Position numbers and translations under genes: made by a program. The notes under the pieces are model-generated. The model was not told where the DNA came from, did not search any database, and saw only the letters and a program-made list of their open reading frames with translations. Positions 53,548 through 64,000 of a DNA stretch of 64,000 nt are shown one piece after another (the first letter of the stretch is position 1; the number at the start of each line of letters is the position of its first letter). Source of the DNA: Moniliella sp. 'wahieum' (taxonomy: Eukaryota); contig RSEE01000031.1 of assembly GCA_003971905.1 (NCBI GenBank), forward strand, positions 558,001 through 622,000, written 5' to 3'.

Positions 53548-54738
53548 TCAAGCACCTGAATAGCCGGAGGAGACATGGTGGGCACCTTGCTTACCGTGCT
53601 GGGCCCGACGAGAGATGGTCCCTCCGACACCGAACGCAAGCACCGGGCATAGCGCGAATAAACGGAAGGGCTATGCCGTAGCCTGGCTGGCCTTTTGAGC
53701 TGCACGACGGTGGGCAAACTTGTGGTGGGTACGGCCCTGGATCGGAAGGCGGGCGCTAGGGAAAGCGGCGGTATTGGTGCTTGGCTCGAGCTTTTTCCAA
53801 TCAGCCTCAACAGCGGCTGCTGCGCCAGAGGCATCGGTTGGACTTGACGAAGCAGGAATGTCGGTGGGCAGGTGGAGGAGAGCGCGCTTGGAGTTGCTTG
53901 TACTGCCCGACCCCGAACCGGAAGAAGAAGAGGAAGACTTGTGGGAGGCAGGGATGCCAACCGCGAGTCCAATGATCAGAGCGACCAACAAAACAAGCGT
54001 GAGGTAGACCCCGATCCGCATCTTACGGTTGGCCCGTTTCTGGGAGGAAACGAACTCCTTACTCTGTTGAGTTAAAGGATCAGCTTGGTTCTGGGCGTGA
54101 CGCTGGGCAATGGAGAAACGTTTCCAAAACGCTGCGCCGGAACCATCCACGTCCCATTCATTTCCCTCACCGCCTCCACCCAGGAAGGGGTCCTTGCTGC
54201 CCGGACCCGATTTCTCCGTCGCCATGGTAGGTGTATCTCCAATTCCAGGCGCCAAGCGGACAGCAGGTGGGGGACCCAAGAGCCAGGCCATGCTCTTGCG
54301 CAGCGCCGAAGGCTTGCGCTGCAGCCCGCCTGCACCACCGCTGTGTGGGTGGCCCATCTGGCTCATCCGATTCCCGCCCGTGAGGGCCACAACGCTACGA
54401 CGGAAAAGGGAGGGCTTCTTGGAATGCCGCTGCTGTTGGCGCGGAGCATCAGAGAAGCTGGTGGGGGCTTGGAACTGCTGGGCATACGCCGAGGGGGAGG
54501 TGGCCCCATGTGCGCCCATCGCAGCCGACGGCATCGCCGGCTCGTGTGAAGGTGCCTTGGGCACACGGGCTGCAGTGGCGGCGGCCCTTGCGGCCTGGAG
54601 CGCCGGATGGGTCGCTTGGCGAGCAGGTTCCGGCACAGCCGGCTCGTCGGAAAAGGGGTCGTGGTCCACGGGGGGCTTCTCGAGACTCAGATTGTGGTAC
54701 AGTTCATCGCGGCGGACAGAGGGAGAGCGAGCGGCCAT
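53548..54738 (-). CDS. Hypothetical single-pass (type II-like) membrane protein, copy 2
   Basis: 413-aa ORF 53671-54912 with a basic stretch KRANRKMR before the TM IGVYLTLVLLVALIIGLAVGI, then SSSSSSGSGSGSTSNSKR. Confidence 0.7.
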
Positions 54739-57700
54739 AGTTGGAGGGCAGGGTGGGGGAAGGGAAGAGAACGAGCGGTTGACCCCAGAGAACGGTGGAG
54801 AGGAATGGAGAGAGGGAGGTGACGGTGGTGGTGGAGCACTCTTTGATACGGGATGGAGCGAAGCGGACAGGGAGGAGCGGTGGTTGTGTGACATGTCACC
54901 TGTCACCGTCACCGGTGGTGAGCGGCCAGCAGATCATCGAGCAACAATCATTAAGCCGCGCTGAGGCGCTGGGGCTCTGCCGCTCAGCCAACCACGCCAG
55001 GCCATTGACGATTGACCCTGCCGCATGCCCAGCGCAGCCCAGCGTCCAGCAGCCCTGTGCCCCGGCGGCCGCCAGCAGATGCGCGCGCACCGCTACACTG
55101 TTCCTGTGCTGGTGTGGAGCGCGGTGGCAACACAGGCGTCGGGCCTGTGACGGGCCGCCTCGCCAGTCATGCTGTTCCAGACTGTTCCAGTGTTGTCCCG
55201 TATCGATCGTATTGCAGCAGTGTTGCATGCGTGGGTGATCTGCACCCCAAAACGCCGCCCGCCTTTGCGCGCGCCGCCCTGCCATGCCTTGCCGCTGTCA
55301 TTTGCAGCCCCTTGCCACCGCCGCGGTCTAGCCTGGCCTAGCGCGCCAGGCTTGGCCTGGCTTGCCTCATTAATCATTAATCACTACTAGTCACTGGCAT
55401 CCACATCGCTGCCAGTGTCAGTCACCTAGTCAAGCTAGTCGCCGCTCACCGCTCACCTGCCGTCGCCACCACCACCAACAGAAGATCGCCGTAACGATTG
55501 TGATCATTTCATTGATTTCTGTGCATGTTGGGCAGATGGCCGCCTAGACCTGGGAGCAACTGGGAGGCGCGTGCGCAAGAATTTGTGACGATCGATGATC
55601 GCAGCGTGTCCTAGGACCAGACCACCCTGTACTCGGGGCTGGCAGGTCGCCTTGGCCTCGAGTTTCGCGCAGCCACGCGTCAGATCTCAGATCTCAGGAT
55701 CTCAGGGAGGAAGATACTCCGCAACGCGTAACAGTGCGTAACGCGCATACCGCAGATGGCAGAACAACGGGCACAAAGCGGAGAGCTTTGAATGTGTCAC
55801 GGCAGCCTCTCCGCGACTGGCCGTCTGCATGGGCAAGGAGATTGGCGAGACCATCCGTGCCTCTACCAGAGGGGGCACGACGGTATCAGCGGTGCCTGAC
55901 GCACTAGTGTGGCTCGCCAGTGTGGCTCGCCCAAACTCGGCTTCTTCGTTCCGGCTGATCCAGCCACACCTCCATTCAGCACACGGCCACTATTCGTTCT
56001 GCGCCCACTGACTGTATTGAGTATTGAGTCTCAGTACTGACTAGGACTAGCGTCTGAAGAAGGCACTGAGCAACTGAGTACACTGGTACTGAGGCTTAAA
56101 GCTTAAAGCTTAAAAGCCAAGCTCTAAAGGCTAAGCGCTAAGCGCTAAAGCTGCTTCAGGAAGCTCGCGCTGATCCTGCTCGGTCATCGATCGTGCACCA
56201 TGCATCATGCATCATGCCAGCCTCCCATATGATACGTCCTTCCACTTCCGGCCAAGTCGCAGTAGCATTTCGTAGCACCGTCTCTGGGCTCGGCGCTCAT
56301 GGCCAACCTCGGCCAACCCACTCTTCGTCTTTTGCTTCCACTCAGTCAGTACTCAGTGTACCAGTCTGAGAACTCTTCTGCGCAGAGCTTCATTGACTTG
56401 ACTTTGATATAACGCAACATTCCCTACTGTGCGTCTGTCGATCTTTGCAGTGTGAACGCGAATAATGGACCAGCCCCGTTTCCTTCCATATTATACTACA
56501 CTTTTATCGGTCTTACCCCCCACGGTGTGGGCGCTACTCAAAGTCTGAAGAACTTCCACAATAGGTGTTCTGGTCTACTGAGGCGGATGTAACCCGCTCC
56601 GTACTCTTAAACGTTGTAGGGGTTGCAATCCGCGTCGTCTCTTCCCCCTTTTATCAATGATTTTGAAAGCAAGATTCAAGCAAGGTTCCTTTATGGTTTT
56701 AGCGACGTTGTGGCCAATGGTGGAGGTGAAGGCCAAAAAGAAGCAAGTCGCGTCGGTCAACGGTGACTGGCATGCCCCCGACCCGAATCATCTTACCCCA
56801 CCCTTCTTTCTTATTTTGGCGACCTGGTTGATGACGGGATGCGGTCTTTTTGAATGATGGCTTCGAGGCCAGGGGTTGGGTTTCCGAAACAGGGTTGAAC
56901 CTCTCAACGAGGTTGCCGCGCACGTCTCCCCGATCATGTACGACCAGCATGGAATTGATGACAAGGACGATGCTATTCAAAGGTTGACTTTTTTGAAGTG
57001 AAAGGCTGCATATACAGCGTAGGTTCACATTAATGGCCTACTTTTTGACGACACACTATCATATCTCACCGCTGCTGGTCGCGATGCGTGTAGTCAACAA
57101 TCAGGGAATCCAAGAGGCGGGCATTGACACCCTTCTCTGGGGGAAATCGGGGCAGCGATGAAGAAAGTGCTGGAATCCGGCCAGTATGAGGTTGACGGCC
57201 CGTTATATCAAGTCAAGTGCACCAGCAATTTCCAAAAGGGTACAAAACATTGGCCCCTTCGAAGAGATATGAGGTGGTACGTTGGTTCCCACATTGTTGC
57301 TCAGCCTACCAATGATTAATGATGATGTCAAGGTGGTTTTGAAGGCGAGTGATTTGCTATTGAGACGTTATTTGGTTCTAGAATCTGTGGACCGATCATC
57401 CCTCAGAGGGCGAGTTAAGCCATACACTTCCCCGAACAATTCTGGTCTCCCCGGCCATGCGATAACGTTGCGTCATTTGCAGAGCGCCAAAAGAAATACA
57501 TTTTTTGCTTCGCCCCATTGACTACAACTTTGGCACGATTCCCTGGCGCCACTGTTATCTGGAACGGGCAGGGGAAGAAGAATCACTTTGCTTGGTTTGC
57601 GCCACCCTACTCAGCTGTTGAGCAAGGGATTCTGATCGTACAGGACGTTGTCCCCCCCTGGCCCGCATTCCTGTCTCAATGACGGTTCAGTTTGAGCATA

Positions 57701-58470
57701 TCCTCCTCCTTTTCCATCCAGCGGGAAAAAGCGGATGTTTCGTGTGGCGAGATGACTACTACCTCGTTCGCCGTGGTAGCATGGGTCTTAGGGATGAGGC
57801 CGGGAGTGTACTTCTACACATGTGCCAAAAAACGGTTACCATCAGTATGTATCGTCCGTTCTGCCCGTCTTTTGGTTCGCTGCGGCATATTGGGGTCTCA
57901 GAGATCTCCGATCTCCGATCTCATTAGGCTCGTCACATACACGACCTATACACAGTAGACTGCTGGGTCGATGATATAATGGGCGGCAAAAATGCGGGTG
58001 GGTTTTGGCGGTGCTGTACCGTGCTGTACCCAGAATGAGCGATGTAGATGAGACCGATGAGGTCGATAAGGTCGGTATTGTTTCAACTACTGTGATGATT
58101 TGGTGATGGCTGTGGGGGTGCTGGTGTGGGCCACTCGCAAATACACTAACCTAGCTGTTGGTCCGATCGGCCCGCCTTGCTAGGAGCGATTGCTGAGCTA
58201 AGCGCTAAGTCCTGCTGGACGACCATCGATCAGCGTCAAACGTCAACGTGTCAAGGAATGATCGATGATCGATGACCTCGATGGTCTGATCAACGTTGAG
58301 GCCAATTGAAATGTCAAGTTCAACATGCCCTCCAAAGTAGTCCCATTGGCGATTGCAGCGATGCTGACCTAAGAATTGCAACTGGGTCTGTGAGGGGGCC
58401 GCACACGAGACCGACTGAGACCAGCCGCGCCGGCGAGATCACGTACCAGTCAAGTTCCCCCAATTCGAGC

Positions 58471-61180
58471 ATGGGCGGCTACAGCCCCCCCATCCACCAC
58501 CATTCCCGCCCGGGCGATGATCAACAGCTTTGTCCAGCATCCCTGCAGGTTGCGCTCCATGTTAGCAGCCCGACGTCTTTATCCACCCGCCGCCGCCGCA
58601 CAGCCGTATGCCCGGCAACGACCAGACCGTCTCGGGCGTGGTCGAGATCCGCTGCCCCTCGGAGCGCACGATCCAAGGTGTCAAGGTCACGCTCCAGGGT
58701 CTGCAGACCCTCGCCTTCCCCGAGCCCTCGGCCCAGGGCGGCATCCGTTGGGAGGAGAAGATGGTCATGAACAAGACGGTTGAGATTGTCAACGGTCCGG
58801 CGAACGCGCCCCCTCCCAGTACACCGAGCCAAACCCCCGATCACTGATGGGGCGACTTGACCATCACTGCCTCCGCTGAGGACACTCCTTTGGACGAGGA
58901 GGTTCCTGACCCAGAGGAGGGTGCCCTCGCCAGGCTCGCGTGATGCGCCTGATGTATCCCTCACCGAGTCTCTCAACGTCAAGCAGGAGGGGCTGCTTTT
59001 GACCAAGGGAATTCATGGGTACGTCCTACCTGGTTTGAACGAAGCCAGCTGCTGATCGTTCTTCTTGTTGCCCCCCCCCCCTCAATGCCACCAAACAGAT
59101 TCGAATATGCGTTCATCATCCCTGCTACCAGCCCCCCCTATGAGCGGACAATGGCCGTTTGCGCTACGTACTCACTGCTACCGCCGTCGGTGCCGGCCGT
59201 GGAAAGCCAACGTTTCGACTGGCAAGAGATTATGTCATATCACAAGTCGCTGCTTCGATGGTGGTCCTACTGCACTGGATGTACAGTATCACGACATTCA
59301 CGATGCGTTGGGACCAATGAGCGTTTCCCTCGTCTCGGCCTCCCTGACTGTGGGCGGGGCGGCTGCGCTCCAGATCTATCACCCCGAGCCACCGCCTGGG
59401 TGAGCGTGCACGTCATCCGCGTCTTCCTCGAACAGACGTCGAGATCTACAGTGCGGTGCGAAAGGCATGGCTGAAGCTCCCGATGGAGAAGTTGCGCCTG
59501 TGGGAGAAAGGGTGCATGCCCTACAAGGCGCGCCATCCTGACACGTTTCGGAAAAGGACACGATCTGGTTTGCGCGTACGGATCCGGAAACGGGCAAGCC
59601 AGTACATGGTACCCCGGGACGTGGCGCAGGGGATGGGCGTCCCTCTCTTGCTCCCTTTGGCGAATCGCTGGTGGGCACGTTTGCTCAGCATGCTGTCCTG
59701 GCCCTGCCCGGCTTCCGCAGGGGCAGGGAGAAGGGTATGCCATCAAAGCGATTATGCGCCTGCCTGAGCACCGTATTTGTCGCCCTAGCACCGTGCGGGG
59801 ATCCAAGACGGACATTCGGATCACCCACGAGATTGGTGTGGAAACCTTCTTTTCGCGTTTGTCGGTGCTGGACGAGCGGCCTGGGTCCGAATCGTACGGT
59901 AAACCCAAGGTGCAAGTCTTTTCGATGCGCCGGGCCGTAGCAATCCCCAGCTGTGCGTTCACTACGACACATTCATTTGCCCCCTACTCGTTCGAGGCTC
60001 CTATACCTTCTCGTCCAGGATCGCCGTCGAACGGGTGAGTTTTTCCACCATTTCAGCGCCTGGCACCCCGGGACCGGGGATGACATCGGGCGTGGGCGGT
60101 CGTTCGGCAGTGGGGCAGGCCGAACTCGACGCATGGAAGGCCACCACTTCCCTCGCCCATACGCTGCCCTCTTTGACCCACCCTTCTCCTCCCGCAGCTC
60201 CCCCTCGGATTCCCGCATTCCGTCCCGGTCAGCGTCCCGTGCAGGCAGCCGTGAACCGTCTCCGGAACGAGACGAGCGCGCCAGCCGGTCGCGCCGCCCG
60301 TCATTTGGCGCGGGCCTGGCCGCTGCGTTGGGCCGGCGCTCGCGGCACTCGTCGCCCGAGCGGTCCGAGGCAACTTCGGAGCTTGGGACCCGCCCCGCGC
60401 TGTCGCGGCGTGGATCCAGTGTGTCGCTGCACCCCCCCGCGCCTGCACGCCTTCACTCCTTCTCATCCGGTCAGTCGGCCGCCTTCCCCGCCCGCTCACT
60501 CTGCTACCGCCGGGCCACCCTCGGCGCCGGCCCATCCTTCTTCCCCCCTTCCGCCAGCGTTCCTGTCCGGTCGTCCAGCACCGCTCCTATGTCGCCGTCG
60601 GGCGTGCCGATCACCACGTTTGGCGGGCACTTCCCTCCCGCCTCGGGCGCTTCGACTCCGTCGCGACCCTCTCGCCTGCGCCGCAACGCCCTGCTCTCGG
60701 CTCACGTTCCTCGAGCTTCAATCGATCGTTTGCCAACTTGAGCTTGACGGTGCCCGGATCGCCGGGCGGCGGGCTGGCGGCTGGTGCGGCGCGGGAGCAG
60801 GAGCAGGACCGGAGCAGGAGCAGGAGCAGGGACATGGGCGGAGGGCGGGATGAGCTCTACAGCACCCAGTGTACCGGCGTGGTCTACGTTGGTGGGCTAT
60901 GGAACGGGGAGACCAAGACATCGCATACGCTTTGCAACTGTGGTCGTTCGACCGACGAGTTGGCCGAGGCGAGCAGCGGTTGCTCGAAGGCGTGCCCACC
61001 GCGCCGGGCGCGTGGGTGGACCTGCACGACCCCGGGTCCACGCCGCCGCCCTGGATGCCGCCCAGCTCCAGCTCCAGCGACGTCCCGGCCTGGGCGGTGG
61101 GCGGCACCAGTCCGGAGGGGGCGCGGGCGCGCGCGCGGGGCAAGCTGGCGGAGCTGGCGTCGGAGGACGAGTCGTCGTGA
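58471..61180 (+). CDS. Alpha-arrestin-like protein (N-domain plus Ser/Arg-rich disordered tail), frameshifted
   Basis: NDQTVSGVVEIRCPSERTIQGVKVTLQGLQT and LLLTKGIHG|FEYAFIIPATSPPYER match the arrestin-N pattern. ITHEIGVETFFS is C-domain-like. Intron 59019-59098. Ends ...LAELASEDESS*. Confidence 0.7.
59019..59098 (+). other. Spliceosomal intron (80 nt)
   Basis: GTACGT donor, GCTGAT branch-like site, pyrimidine tract, CAG acceptor. Splicing gives IHG|FEYAF. Confidence 0.85.
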
Positions 61181-61785
61181 GGGATGCGTGCGCGTCAGTG
61201 CAGTGGGGCTAGGGGGGATCGGCAGTTGTGCGGGGCCAGGGCGAGGAGGGGAATGGGATGGACGTGTATGGAGATGTGCAGTGCGGGGGGTGCCTGGGCT
61301 CCGACCAGGGTCGGGCAGGTATTGGTTGCAGCGAATAGGGCCAGGCGGATGCCACATGCCATGTCGGCTGTCGCATGTCAGCTGTCAGTGCATGTCAGCA
61401 GGCGCCCGCTGTCACGTGATGTGGGATATCGATGCGGTGGTTGATAGCTGACGTCGGCTGGGCGGCGGCGGGCAAGGCGGGTGGAGGGGCATGGGGCCAG
61501 TGGCCGGCCGGTGCTGGGTGGGCCGCCGCCACACAGGCGTCCTGCTGTTGGGGGCGCTGGTGGGCGCGTACGCACGGGTAGGGTTGGGCCCAGCGGTGGG
61601 TGACATACCATGGGTGATGCTGGTGCCTGATGGGGCTGGGCTGCCGAGGCTTGAAGCGGGAGGCCTGATTAACTGATTGGCTGCCTGGCGGTCGGCCGAG
61701 CTGTAAGCACTGGAGTGCCGCACTGCGCAGCACTCCCGCCGTCCCGCCAGCCGCCCATCCACCCGTCGGCCCAGCTCATCCAGCC

Positions 61786-61886
61786 CATCCCATCCGTCCC
61801 ATCCCAGCTGCCCCATCTGCCCCATCCGCCCCATCCGCCCCATCCGCCCATCCGCCCCATCCGCCATCCATCCCATCTATCCCATC
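61786..61886 (+). repeat. Imperfect (CCCATCCGC)n / CCATC tandem repeat
   Basis: ccccatccg repeated about 5 times within a longer ccatc-rich tract upstream of the ATG at 61938. Confidence 0.85.
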
Positions 61887-61937
61887 CTCCCCTCCCGCCT
61901 CCTCCCGAGCCCCGCGCTCGCCCCCCCCCCCGCCCCC

Positions 61938-64000
61938 ATGGACGACCGCCGCGCCGCGCCCCCACCCACTCCCCAGCGCCACGACCGCCCGCCGGTGCGT
62001 GCCGATGCCGACTCGACGCTGAATGCCAACCCCACCGCCCATCCCATCGCCAATCCTCTTGTTGGGCATGGTGGTGCCGATACTGGCGCCAATCCTGGTC
62101 CCGACCCTGGTCCCGATGGCGGTCCCGAGGCGGTGCGGAGACGGATGCTGGTGCTGCGCCTGCTGCCCCCTCCTCGTCGTCCGCTCCTGCCGCTGCGGTC
62201 CTAGGCATCGGCCGCCGCTTGGCTGCCCACCCTGTCCGCCACGCTTCCAACTTGTCCACCGCATCCAGCCTCTCCACCACAAGTCCCCGCCTCTCCCACG
62301 CCGCCTCCACTGCGTCGATGATTCTCCCTCTTCCCCCTGTCCTGCCTCCGCCACGCCCGTCGCGTTGGCCCCTGCCCCTCCGTCGACTGCGGCTGCGCCC
62401 GCGGCACTGGCCGCCCCTGCGGCTCCCCCCGCCACGCCAGGCGCGCCGATCCCCCTTGCTCGTACCACCTCCCATGCTCGCCGTCCCACACTCGATCGTC
62501 CCCGCGCTGCTCAAATCGTACCCGGGCGCCGCAGCCCTTCGGTCCACGCCGGCATGGCCGCCAATCCTCCTCTGCTGGCCTCGCTGCACCTTGGACCGAT
62601 GCCGGACTGGGACCAGACCAGTCGTTGTCTTGCGCCCCTCGCCCACGCTGCGCACCCGTGATCTACCCCACTGGGTACTGCCCTTTCGCCCTCCCTTCCT
62701 CCGCAAAGAATCGCATCAAGCACGCGGCTCATGGCCAGCCATCGTCGGGGGACTATGCCAGCTCGGTGGTTGGCTCGCCCAGCCAAAACTTTGCGCCAAG
62801 CACGTCTATTCCTCGCTTTTGGGGCATGCCCCATCCTCTCACACTCCCCCTCTGTCTCTGTTGGTGGCCCCGACGGCGTGGATCCGGACTTTATTGCTGC
62901 TGTATCGGGTCTGACCCCTGCTACAGGGCGGCGCCCACCTCGGTTGCTGATAATGTGTCCCCATGGTGCCTTCTGCCCTGCCCAGTGCCATGCCTTCCAC
63001 TGCTTCCTCCGGTCCGGCGTCCTACCAATCGGCCATTATGGGCTCAGCACAGGCTCCCCCCTTGTCGGCTGGGTCTGGGTCAGGGTCCGCTTCGGGGTCT
63101 TGGTCAGGGTCCCATGACGAGCCACTTCCCACCGCTTTGTTATCCCCTGCCCATGTGGCACCTTCGAGCATGCCTTCTTCTTCCGGTCCTTCCTTCAACC
63201 ATCCACATTACCCCCTTCACTCGGCTGTTCCCATGCCACGTCCTCGCCCTCCCTCTCCTTTCGACATGCCCACTCTCACGTGCACTCGGCCTCCCACCTG
63301 GGATCGAATCCATCGTCAGCGGCGGGCTCCCTGCCCACTTGGGACTCGGGCTGTCGATCATTTCTCCATTTGCGTCCGTCCACTCACCGACGCTCGGAAA
63401 GGCACCCCTTCCTGACTTGGAGCGATCGCCGGATCGGAGGGGCGAGGCAAGGGATGAACCCGAGTCGGCGCCGACAAGTGAGATGCGCTTGCAGAAAGTT
63501 CCCGCCCATGTGCACCGAGCGGGGGATCTGTTCAACCCTTCGCCATTGCCAGCAGCCCGGCTGCCCTCGACCATGGCTGGTTCTTCGGGGATCGGCACCC
63601 CGACCCACGAGCGGCAGAGGATGTACCCGGCAGACGTCCAGGTCGAGCACACGTTCCCGTTCCTCTTCATCGGCGTACCATCATTCACGGCATCCCCCGC
63701 CACCCACTCCCAGGGGATCTCGCAATCCCTCTCCGGAGCGGGAGGGTGGGGCGCCTCGCCGCCTGTGGAAAACGATATTCTTTTGGCATTGACGGGCTCG
63801 GCAAGGAGCCCTGCTTCATCCCCTGCGTCATGGGGGCGAACGACTCCGGATCCACCCCCGCGGCCAAGCGGATTACCGGGTAGCCCTTCTCGCTCTCATC
63901 TTGCAGAACCGATGAACCTTCCTGGACTCCGTTCTGGCCAGAAAGCCTCAGGTCTGAGTCTCAGCCGGAACAGCTCCTCGCCTTCGCCTTCTTCCCTCCC
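61938..64000 (+). CDS. 5' part of a Pro/Ser-rich hypothetical protein running off the window, frameshifted
   Basis: ATG at 61938 after a C-rich leader. Overlapping + ORFs 61938-62204, 62023-62661, 62963-63415 and 63280-63792 have consistent low-complexity content and no recognisable domain. Confidence 0.45.

Larger units (their letters stand above)
29233..57340 (+). repeat. Tandem segmental duplication, copy 2 (~28.1 kb)
   Basis: acgcgaccggctggcc at 29233 matches 1151. aggtggtttt at 57331-57340 matches the end of copy 1, after which the sequence becomes unique (gaaggcgag...). Confidence 0.98.

Noticed and set aside
61669..62914. Long ORFs 61669-62706 (-) and 61715-62914 (+)
   Set aside because: Arg/Pro/Gly-rich shadow frames of GC-rich low-complexity DNA that start in the ccatccg repeat. 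No domain signal.
1..64000. tRNA, rRNA, intact transposase or reverse transcriptase genes, telomeric repeats
   Set aside because: No recognisable motifs by eye. A covariance-model or HMM search would be needed to exclude them fully.

Overview
GC-rich fungal genomic DNA, probably a basidiomycete with few introns (short GT..CTRAC..YAG introns, no prokaryotic signals). About 88% of the window is a head-to-tail tandem duplication of a ~28.1 kb block (1151-29231 and 29233-57340). Each copy carries six genes: a P5B-type ATPase (Ypk9/ATP13A-like), an Ssh4-like TM+SPRY protein, a Ser/Pro-rich hypothetical protein, a PY-motif arrestin-like protein, phosphomannomutase (Sec53) and a single-pass membrane protein. 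Outside the duplication are the 3' end of a Pro-rich gene, a second arrestin-like gene and the start of a Pro/Ser-rich gene. Both copies carry many frameshifting 1-2 bp indels at different sites, typical of an unpolished long-read consensus, so gene boundaries are approximate. They also differ by a patch of mostly synonymous substitutions in the ATPase, which suggests two haplotypes or a young duplication. The most unusual signals are (i) recurrent 7-bp-period arrays of palindromic ANNNNT hexamers, mostly intergenic, (ii) a diverged inverted repeat whose arms both read PDxLAIPLVP-stop with mostly third-position changes, and (iii) three likely Rsp5/Nedd4 adaptors near a vacuolar-type P5B ATPase. 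I cannot demonstrate a wholly new system from the sequence alone.
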